From Schmidtea nova (lineage: Eukaryota): a stretch of DNA of 64,000 nt. Position 1 is the stretch's first letter. The number at the start of each line of letters is the position of its first letter. The notes beneath the pieces were generated by a model that ran no database searches, had not been told where the DNA came from, and worked only from the letters and a program-made list of their open reading frames with translations. Made by a program: the position numbers and the translations under genes. The stretch lies in assembly GCA_044892505.1 (NCBI GenBank), contig CM097882.1, positions 172,422,001 through 172,486,000 of the forward strand, in the 5' to 3' direction. Shown one piece after another: positions 25,804 to 37,700 of this stretch.

Positions 25804-28800
25804 ATATTATAAGGTTTGAAAAAGGTTGAAGGTTTTGCACCCTTTGAAGGTTGAGCACCCACCATAGACCTTCGAGGGTATGACTAGCATACCTACCTCT
25901 CAAATACCTTTCGAATGATATATATATATTATAAGGATTGAAAAAGGTTGAAGGTTTTGGACCCTTTGAAGGTTGAGCACCCACCATAGACCTTCAAGGG
26001 TATGACCAACATACCTACCTCTCAAATACCTTTCGAATGATATATATATATATATTATAAGGTTTGAAAAAAGTTGAAGGTTTTGCACCCTTTGAAGGTT
26101 AAAGACCCTCCATAAACCTTCGAAGGTATGACCAACATACCTACCTCTTAAATACCTTTCGAATGATATATATATTATAAGGATTGAAAAAGGTTGAAGG
26201 TTTTGCACCCTTTGAAGGTTAAAGACCCTCCATAAACCTTCGAGGTTATGACCATTGTATAGACCTCTCCAAGACCTTTCGAATGATACCCTTGTTTGAA
26301 GGTTTGACCTAATTTAACCTTTGGAAATTCAAATTTAATATTTGAATTTGAAATGAGTCATCGATGACGTCATAAAATTCAAATTTGAAATGAGTCATCG
26401 ATGAGTCATAAAAATGATGAGTCATCGATGAGTCATCGATGAGTCGTAAAATGATGAGTCATCGATGAGTCATCGATGAGTCATAAAATGATGAGTCATC
26501 GATGAGTCATCAAAAAATTTTCTTCCCCCTCCCCCCTCCCCCCGGGGGGAGGGGGAGGGGGGTGTCTTTGTTCTTTTTTTCCCCGCCCACGCAATGAGTC
26601 ATAATGTCTTTGTTCCCGGCTCCACACATCTACCTACTCGCGTAAGAGGTATTTCCAATGGCTGAAACTTGTTGAATCTTTGATTTATCTTCATCCATTT
26701 TCTGTAAAATTATTTTAATATTTTTATTTGCCATTGGACCTTTCTGTACTGATTCTCCATCATTTCTTAAATCTTCTTTCAAAAATTTTTACTTTCAGTA
26801 AATCTTCCGTCATTTCATATCTTTTTATATCACGTTTTGCTTCTTCATTATCAAGACAGTGCTTTAGGAAGAATGTTGTCAAATTTGACATTGTTAGCTT
26901 GTGCTTCAGAATTTTCTGAAAACCTTTCTCAATTTTACTGATCTAAGTTTCTGCATCATCTGCTCTTTTTTAACTCTTTCTATTAACTTCCAATTTCTGT
27001 TTGTTTTCTTGTCAAACTTTGGATCGATTTTTAACCCACTTCCCGATATCCAATCGATCTGATAGACTCGTGGTGGCCCACAAATTATTCCATTGAAAAA
27101 TTGAAAAATTTGAAAAATTTTGAAAAGTTTTGAAACAATGTGATTTTTTAATTTACTGTTGCCAAGAAACTACCAAACAATGAAACAACAAAAAAATTAA
27201 CCGAAAACATGAGAAAAAGAAAGAGTTACATTAAAAACTTGTTTTTATGGGTTCCTTTTTTTCGATAATTTAGCAAATTTTCCAAATCCTTAGCTAAATC
27301 CTGGTTTTCTTCGAATGCTAATCTAAGCCTTTTCGCATAATCTTCTTCATCTGGAATCTTATTATATTTGTTGTGGACCTTTCTTTGACTATTGTCTAGC
27401 TGAATAATTAAAAAAATATGCTTTAATCTTCTCAATAAACTGTTCCTAATCGTCTCAATTGAATAGATTTTCGCTTGTAAGAGAATATGTAATAATACCT
27501 GAGTTGAAAGCGTTGTCATGAATTATTGTTACGTAATATACTAATTAATTTATTAATTTACTTATTCCTTAATTACATGAAGCAATTATTTTTGTTTTTT
27601 AATTAATTAACGATTTTTTGTGTGATTTAAATGGTAATCTTATTAAAATAATTTAATTTTTATCATTTCCATGTACTCCTTTCTATACCAATTTGTGCTA
27701 TGTAATAAATGACAAAATACAGTAAAGTATTATCTTGTAAGAAATTTATTTCAAGACTCGCAAGTCAACTTTCCACTGAGTTTATTTTGTTCAGGCTGGA
27801 CCTGGTTAGCCTAGGCATCACACACAGGCTAAAATATCTGATAAAATACGCTCACAAATGCACAAAGCAAGACAAAACAAAGTTAAATAACAAAATACGC
27901 CTTTGCTCCAAAATCTTTTTATTAAGTGAAAATTTTCTATTATAAAATAATCCTTATTAATCCATTAAGTTAAAAATATTAAAATGGAAAAAAAATTTAT
28001 TGAGATAATGTCTAAAATAGTATAATTTATCTATAATGTGATGAGTTGCCACGATACTGAATTGTCTGTTATGAATAATCATGCGATGAACTGTCATGGA
28101 ATCAATTAAATACAAACAAGATAATACCGTATAACGATGAATACAGCCTCTTATAATATAAAATGAAATTATACTAACAAAGAATAAAAACTTTATTATG
28201 TGGCAGACAAAAATGATAGAAAAAAATTGTAAACCACAAAACAGTATTATATAATAGAAACTGCATACAAACTGTTAATGGGTGTAAATTTAATCAATCA
28301 ATAAAAACAAATAATAAATTTTAAACACAAAAAAGTTGTTATCTTTATTTTAATTATTTTTATCGATTTTTAAAATGAAACCAATTTTAAAAGCAAAATC
28401 TTTGAAAAAAATATTTTTCAAGAGAGCATATTGTAAGATTTATTTTTTATTTAATAATTAATTAAAATTTTTATAGCAATTCCGATATTTCTGATGGATT
28501 AACGTTAAATTTTCGGGTAAATAATCAGTAAAATTTGTAAACATTATTTATTAATATATAATTAAATCAAAATTTTCATAGTATCATTTAATGAAAGACA
28601 ATTAAGTTCTGCAGTGCTTGATTTACAAAGAAAAACTAGTAAAACGTAGATTTTATTGACTAAAATTAAAAAAAATTATTGTAATAGAATTTCAGAGGCT
28701 GACAAAGCCAAAATTGCCAATGCCACGGAAAATGGGGAGGGTTACCTACAATTTGGAATACTGTTAAGAATCTCAAAAAACACAATTAAATCAATAATAT

Positions 28801-31800
28801 TTCACTAAAAAAAATTTGGCCTAATAAAGGAAGCATTGCAAAATGAGTTTAAAAATATGGATATAAAAATCTCAACAATTATTATCAGCATATCCATCGC
28901 TTTTTTCAAAAATGCTGCAAATAATTAGATATCCTAAAAGATTAATGTTATAAAATAATAAATTTTACTTTAGTTTCTTTTTTTGTGTGAATATAAATTC
29001 ATAAAATGTTGGTAAATTACTAAAAATTCATATTTGAATGATAAATTGAAGTAAATTTCTTACTTTATCAAGTTAAAAATCATGAGTAATCACTGACATA
29101 CACTCCAACTAGTATTATAGAAGGTGGTATTCAGTGTTATATAGTGTATTTAAACAATTTATTAATTTTTATGAAGAGATAATAAGAATTATTGAATAAA
29201 TAAAAATTGCGGCATAAAATCATATGCGGAAAACAAATAATAATATTTTAATATAAGTTATTTAAAATACCGCATAACAACTATTTATTGATTTTGGACT
29301 GTTGAAAATTTTTAATTTTAAAAATTAAAATTTTAATTATTTAATATCATGAACTCAGTTCTTAGCATCCAGAATAATAAGGAAATTTATTTTCTTTCTT
29401 CATCTTTTTTATTTTTATTCATTTTCCTAGTACATGACTTACCGATAGAGTAATTATTGTATTACTTTTTAATTAAAAATAATGTTTCGAATTATTATTT
29501 ATAAATAAAAATGAACAAAAAAATATAAAATATTTTTAAATAAAATTTTTCTTTAATCTGATTTTATGTAAACACTTTAACCCTTTAATTTCGGAATTAA
29601 ATATACACTTTTTATTGAACTCGTGGGTTAAAATTTTTTTGTCCATTTGAAATGAGTAGCACTTGGATCGCAAGAACACAAAATATTTGTAGAGCGTGGG
29701 AGCTGTACACGGTGATTCAGATTTATTCGCATCTCGCATCTAAAGGGTTATAGCATTCGTAATAAAATTCAATATCTAGAAGTACTTTCATGTTACATTA
29801 TTTAATATAAATTTTCAAATAGATGGTCACAAGAAACCTTTGGACATTTATTAATGGATTATCTGGTAAAGAAATATTTTTCTACGTTGATGCAATACTT
29901 ATTAATGCCGACGTGGTCTTACATCCAGTGGGCAGTGATTTATATAAGTGGTTAATGCAAACAATAAAAGGATGTTTGGAATGGTTAGTAAATTAAATTA
30001 AAAAAATTAAATGTTATAGTTAGTAAGTTAACCCTTTCATGCCGACTTTTGTATAATTAAAATTAAAACATTTTAACCTCATAAGTTTTGTCTATAAGGT
30101 TACTAAATACAGTTTATTTAATTATTAATTTTATTTTTTTCCTTAAATTTTAAATATGACAGTGGGACATATATGTCCCAGTAGGAGACACAGATAGGGC
30201 TTTGAATTAGTAATTGATTGTCAAGTGCAAACATATATTTTTGAAAATCATTACAAAACAAGAAAATGCAAACACAAATGCATACTAAAATTAATAATAA
30301 AGGAAAATAGAAATATAATTATTCAAGGGCTTACACATAAAACGGGGTAAAATAATTAGTGCAAAGAGGTACATTAGAACTAGTACATAATGTATTGGTT
30401 CGCGTTTCAATTCTCCTTTTAGCACATCCAAAACATCTCCTTCGTGTGTTAACTTGCACTGACAGAATGATGAATGCGCTCGAATAAGCACGAATATACT
30501 ATAAAGTCGGTTGATACAGCCGCTTGTTGTATTACCACCTCAATGCAGCCCAGCAGATATTTTCAAAAATTCACTGGGACATATATGTCCAATTAAGTGT
30601 CAAAGGGTTAAATCAATAATTTTCATATTAATAAGTCTATGACTATAGATCAAAGTTTTTTTGGTTATTAAATATATTTTTGTACCTAACAACCAAAAAA
30701 AACAAAAAAAACTTTGATCTATAATCATACAATTATTATTATGAAAATTATTGATTTAAATAAAAAGAGATCAAACTTGAAGCCAAAAGATAATTATGAT
30801 AGTTAGTATAAAATGGTGATTCCTTGGTAGCAGCATTAAGTATTAAATTAATTAATAAATAAGTAACAAAATAAGCTTTTGCTGCAAAAACAATTTTATT
30901 AAGTGAGAAAATTTTCGATTATAAATTAATCCTCGACGAGGCTTATTTTGTTACTTATTTATTAATTTATATGATAGTTAGTATTTATTGTTAATACAAG
31001 TAACCACCGTTAAAAATGTTACTCTCTGTGTAACACGAACGGTTAAACTTATATACATGTTTATTTATTTAACACGACACGGTGTCGAAATTAAGGATGG
31101 CGTATTGAAATGGAATTTAAAATATGGAGTTAAAAAAAATTATGGTGTACACATTTAAAACCTTATCCACAACAGGCTTGGGCAGCTTCGGATCAACATT
31201 TACGATCTGCCACCACCTATCTTTGTGAAATGAGTTATTCATCCCTTTTGGACATCAAAACAAAAACCAGCAATCGATTAAATGCATCTGATGACTTACG
31301 CATGGCTTTTTTTAAAAGGTCTGGTTTAAAAAGGATTATTATANNNNNNNNNNNNNNNNNNNNNNNNNNNNNNNNNNNNNNNNNNNNNNNNNNNNNNNNN
31401 NNNNNNNNNNNNNNNNNNNNNNNNNNNNNNNNNNNNNNNNNNNNNNNNNNNNNNNNNNNNNNNNNNNNNNNNNNNNNNNNNNNNNNNNNNNNNNNNNNNN
31501 NNNNNNNNNNNNNNNNNNNNNNNNNNNNNNNNNNNNNNNNNNNNNNNNNNNNNNNNNNNNNNNNNNNNNNNNNNNNNNNNNNNNNNNNNNNNNNNNNNNN
31601 NNNNNNNNNNNNNNNNNNNNNNNNNNNNNNNNNNNNNNNNNNNNNNNNNNNNNNNNNNNNNNNNNNNNNNNNNNNNNNNNNNNNNNNNNNNNNNNNNNNN
31701 NNNNNNNNNNNNNNNNNNNNNNNNNNNNNNNNNNNNNNNNNNNNNNNNNNNNNNNNNNNNNNNNNNNNNNNNNNNNNNNNNNNNNNNNNNNNNNNNNNNN

Positions 31801-34661
31801 NNNNNNNNNNNNNNNNNNNNNNNNNNNCAAATTCCATTAATTTATATGCATTTGAAATTACTTTTATTTAATAAGTCAATTCATAAGTTTTATCGGTTTC
31901 TAACATTAGTACAAGATTCTTTATTCGTTGGAAACGAGGAACTTGTAAACCGTGTCCTCCAGTCAGAGTTGAAAATAGTGATACTCCATTTTTATTTTCC
32001 CATCTACTCGACTTGGAAAAGTGTAAAGAAATCAGAGAACCAGAAACAGTTTTTCATCAGAAAATAAGTTATTTAAACAAAAATGTTATCGAATTTCTCA
32101 AGAAACTAAGTCGATTTACAGTTCTTTGGTTACAGGATAAGGTGATAGATTAAAAGTTTTTGACATAATTGATTAAAAATAAACTTAATTTAAGTGATGA
32201 AAAATTTTAAAGTGAAAAATAAGTTTACTAAAAATGTATAAATCTTTAAAATTTTGAAGAGATAAGCTTTAGGCCTAAAATTAATTTTTGAGATTAATAA
32301 TAATTAATAATAATAATAATAATAATATTATCAATAATTCTCATAATGACTATAGATCAAATTTTTTTTTTATAAACAATAACACAATATTTCGGCACAG
32401 CCTTTATCAAGTGTGTATTTAAAGGTGTGTATATAAAGTGTGTATATAAAGGCTGTGCCGAAATATTGTGTTATTGTTTATAAAAAAAAATTTGATCTAT
32501 AGTCATTATGAGAATTATTGATAATAATAATAAAAAAAGATCAAANNNNNNNNNNNNNNNNNNNNNNNNNNNNNNNNNNNNNNNNNNNNNNNNNNNNNNN
32601 NNNNNNNNNNNNNNNNNNNNNNNNNNNNNNNNNNNNNNNNNNNNNNNNNNNNNNNNNNNNNNNNNNNNNNNNNNNNNNNNNNNNNNNNNNNNNNNNTAAA
32701 TAAAAATGGCAATTTATTCATATAAATAAAAGAACACAATTTTTTTAAATATATTAATGCAATATATTTCAACAGCTTAGCTGTCATCATCAGGCTTTCC
32801 ACAATCTCAATTAAATAAAAATTGATCTTATTTATACGCTTAATAGTGATTACATAATTACACGTGCACAATCCAATAAAACTTTTATTTACTCTACTAA
32901 AATTAATTAAACACTCAAAATGCATGTAGATATTGCATTTTGTATGTTTATTTTAGGATTAAATAATTTTATCATCAAAGCCTCGCAATTCACACGTTCA
33001 TAATCATTGTTAAACACTAGAAAGTATTTTGAAATTAGAAATATCAATGCTCTTCTTGGACGTCTTATTATGCTCAATAATGTTACTCTTTTCGCTCTTT
33101 CTGGCATGTTCTTGAACTCGTGTAAGTCTTGCAAAGTTCGGGACATGTTCAGTAATAAATCTGTGACGCCATTTGGTATGTGTTCTGATCTCGTATATCG
33201 TTTTACTTGTAATGGGTGTAATGCCACATACATTAGAGAGACTGCCCGTCATCTTTGTACACGAGTTCAAGAAGAAGCCAGAAAGAGCGGAAAGAGTAAC
33301 TTTATTGAGCATACTAAGACTTGCAAGAAGAGCATTGATATTTCTAATTTCAAAATACTTTCTAGTGTTTAACAATGATTATGAACGTGTGAATTGTGAG
33401 GTTTTGATGATAAAATCATTTAATCCTAAAATAAACATACAAAATGCAATATCTACATGCATTTTGAGTGTTTAATTAATTTTACTAGGGTAAATAAAAG
33501 TTTTATTGGATTGTGCACATGTAATTATGTAATCACTATTAAGTGTATAAATAAGATCAATTTTTATTTAATTGAGATTGTGAAAAGCCTGATGATGACA
33601 GCTAAGCTTTTGAAAGATATTGCATTAATATATTTTAAAAAAGGTGTTCTTTTATTAATATTAATATTATTATTATTAATAATATTAATAATAATAATAA
33701 TGTTGTGTTAGTACATACTGAGAAAAACACAAATGAAACGAATAATTTAATAAAATTAAATAAAGACTAACGAGAGAAATTAGAAATAAATAATAAAGGG
33801 CATATAATACCTAAATATTATTAATCAGGAAAAATATATCAGTAAAACAAAAATTAAATTAAAAGTAAAAGTAAATCGATGAAAATAAGAAAATAAAAAC
33901 GAATTTAGGAAAATAATAAGAATTTAGAAATTAAATTAATTTAATGAAGAAAGTAATAAAACAATAACAAGAATAAAATAAATACTACGAGAAATAATAA
34001 ATAAAATAAAAATCGGGTTATCTGGTCAATAAGAGGCCAGGTCGATTTTAATTGTCTGCTTGAGCGCTGAATTTACTATAAAAAAAAACGCTCAAGTCAG
34101 TTTTAAAAGTGTCATTTTTACGTTGAAGGAGGTCATTTTTCACAACCAAATACACATTCTCAACATTACTAGACAAAAATTCTATAAGGCAGAAATTCAT
34201 AAATTGCCACTTAGAATGACTTGGTAAATATTTGCAATTATTGAGTAGTAAATGAGAGCAATTAAACCGACGAAAAACTAATTATAAAATGGGTAGAGAT
34301 ACACTTGAGACATGAGAATACCGTGGGAAGTGAGGGGAACAGCCGAAACATATATTTCCGTAATTATTGGAAAAAATCGATCAAGTGCCGTTTGGAGTGA
34401 ATATATACCCACTCGAATATAAATTATCAACCTAAATGAATTTTCCACAAATAACTCTGAGTAATTAAACATCACCGACGACAGAGCATAATGGAATGGA
34501 ATGACACGACCATTAATAATAAAATGGGCAATAACGAGAGGGTGATCGATACCTAAATAGGAAATAATGAAACTCACAGACGACAAATTCATATACAAAT
34601 ATTGAGGGACCCACAACACCCATTCAGTTACCCCAGGGACATACATTTTATTTCATTGATA

Positions 34662-34729
<68 letters not shown>

Positions 34730-37700
34730 TTATTAAATAGACAATAAAATATGGAACAAGTCAGTATACGCGTTCAACATATAGCGAGTGACGCTAAAAA
34801 GAGAGAGAGGAATCGTACCTCCATTCAGTCTGCATCGAGATATTCCTGACATTATTACTCAGCACAGTAGCAGATCGTGGCCATTTATGTCGACCGGGAC
34901 TACCCAGACGATTTGCTGCAATATTTCGTTGAATCGCCCACCTATTCCCGGGCGGTTCAAAATCTTTTATACGGGATCAATTCCCACCGAGGAGTTCTGA
35001 AGCATTGGGTGGTTCGTGTTAGGCCCCACTTCAACAGAACGAATGACGGATACTCCATACAGCCCATCGGGAGTGCGCGAGATGGATATAGACGAGGACT
35101 GCATTGAGTTTATCGATTTGTGTTGAACGTAGTCATAGCTGTTGTATATACAAAATATTACTTAACATGTTATTTATTACTGGTTTTATATTTCTTAATA
35201 ATTTACATTAGTTACCGTAAAAACTTAAGTGTGATAAAGTCAATTTAATGTATTAGCGAGTTCGTCTTAAGAGAGTAATAGTCTAAAGACTATGTAGTTA
35301 CGGGTAAAAGGGCATGGACGACAAACTCTATTTTTGTTGAGGGAAATACAAGTCGAAAGGAAATTTGCAAGGAGAAATGAGAGAATTGAGTAAAATTAAA
35401 AATGATCATAATTTTTCAAGGTAAATCATGCCATCGGAGAAAGAAATAATCGGGAAACTGAAACGACGAATCATAGAGTTAGAGGAGAGTTACTTCTCGC
35501 CCGCCGAGATGAAGGTAGTAAAAGAAGGCTTGCACAGGGTGATTAAAACTATCGAAGACCAACGAGTTGAGTTAGAAGCGGCGAGGATTGAGAACAACAA
35601 ATGTCGGCGAATCATTACTCAGAATTTCGTGGTCACCCAGTTAACCGATCTGGTTAGACCTTTGACACTTGAGAAGTGGTTCCCCCTACCAGATTTGGAG
35701 GGGAAAACGAGAGAAGTAACAATGACAACTACAATGATGAAGGCCAGGAGCCGCCGAAAATCTCATGCTCAACGGAGGCGTAAATTGAGGAAGAAATTGG
35801 CGTCCGCGTCGGAGCATGCGCCAGAAGATCTGGGCCAAACCGGAGGAGAGAAACGTTAAAATTGTGTAGATTTAGTGATGTATCATGAATTAATCTGAAT
35901 ATATATTTGGGCTTCTCGTTATAATTATGTTTTATTTAATGGTATTTCATATTTATAATCTGACTAGATAATAGATTGAATAGATCATTCCAACCGCTAA
36001 GTAGTGTAAGTTAAGCTAGAATATGGGAGTCACCCTGAATGAGAGACCTGCGACCAGGTGAGAAGTTAGAATGAGAAGACCTTCTATCGGTCAAGTAGAA
36101 CTCGAAAGATACGACAAATCAGTAGAAGTTTTTGTGAAGGAGCTCACCTGCTGATTTGCGATCGGCTGTTATGCACATTTCCAACCTGAAGTATTTGGGT
36201 AATTCACGGGTGCATGAACAGTAAAGTTTTTATGTGTGTGTGTTGTAACCCTAGAAAGTAGAGCGAGTAAAGGTTTAGGTTGTCGTAAGCTTGAGTAGAG
36301 AGGGAAAAACGTACGATAGGAAATAGGTCTACAATTTNNNNNNNNNNNNNNNNNNNNNNNNNNNNNNNNNNNNNNNNNNNNNNNNNNNNNNNNNNNNNNN
36401 NNNNNNNNNNNNNNNNNNNNNNNNNNNNNNNNNNNNNNNNNNNNNNNNNNNNNNNNNNNNNNNNNNNNNNNNNNNNNNNNNNNNNNNNNNNNNNNNNNNN
36501 NNNNNNNNNNNNNNNNNNNNNNNNNNNNNNNNNNNNNNNNNNNNNNNNNNNNNNNNNNNNNNNNNNNNNNNNNNNNNNNNNNNNNACTTTTGATCTTTTT
36601 TTATTATTATTATCAATAATTCTCATAATGACTATAGATCAAAATTTTTTTTTATAAACAATAACACAATATTTCGGCACAGCCTTTATCAAGTGTATAT
36701 TATCAAGAAATACACACTTGATAAAGGCTGTGCCGAAATATTGTGTTATTGTTTATAAAAAAAAATTTTGATCTATAGTNNNNNNNNNNNNNNNNNNNNN
36801 NNNNNNNNNNNNNNNNNNNNNNNNNNNNNNNNNNNNNNNNNNNNNNNNNNNNNNNNNNNNNNNNNNNNNNNNNNNNNNNNNNNNNNNNNNNNNNNNNNNN
36901 NNNNNNNNNNNNNNNNNNNNNNNNNNATAAAAATTGAAAATAAATAAAAATAATAAATAGATAATAAATTAATATAGAAATAGAAATGATAATGAAAAAT
37001 AATTAATTATAGTAATTATTTAGCAAAATGTTGTTGACAAATGGTTACATACTCCGAGAACTACAATACAATATGAACAAAAATTATTAAATCTTCTGGC
37101 AAAAAATCGAGCAATTCAAAAAATTCTGAATAAAGATAATCTCTATATTAGAATGGGAGCTATCGCTCTTAGGGTCACTCAACTAAGTTCTGCTATTAAT
37201 GCTAATATAAAAGAATGGATTAAAATTTATCTAAGATCCCTTTTAGAATCAGCTCAAATTCTATATCATAACACTGAGAAAATGATAGAGGTAATATTTA
37301 ATGCATAAGAAAACTGAGAAATCTTCTATGACGTAGAGTCGAAGTGAAATTTTAAATATGGAACCGGAAAATTTGGATGACATGAAGCAATTTTTAGCAA
37401 ATATGGAAGAAATAAAGGGCGGTCTTAGTGAATATATTGATAAAGTGGTATCAGAGATTGGTGAAAAATATCGCATTATTCGACTTTACGGCGACGAGGT
37501 TCATTCAATTGTTTTATTTTAAAAATAAATATCTTTCTTTTTTAGGAATTTCTCGAACTGGTTATATGTTCTATTTCAATGTGTTTAACCTTTTTTGATT
37601 TATAGATACCATCTAATGAATGGGATTTTTCTGTTAACCTTCAAAAGCAATGGGACAAAATTTTAGATCGCATTAAAATCCGCACTCAAGAAATTTTACC

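Larger units (their letters stand above)
9397..26638. mobile_element. Giant palindromic non-autonomous Maverick/Polinton-like element (17,242 bp)
   Basis: Termini AGTAGGTAGAT / ATCTACCTACT; 6-bp TSD CGCGTA at 9391-9396 and 26639-26644; arms 9397-17654 and 18438-26638 are reverse complements; spacer 17655-18437. Confidence 0.85.

Noticed and set aside
9397-26638. Palindrome as a fold-back assembly or amplification artefact
   Set aside because: The arms differ by SNPs and repeat counts, the spacer is unique, the ends carry a 6-bp direct TSD, and the outer flanks are non-palindromic and join in frame. Long reads are still needed for final proof.
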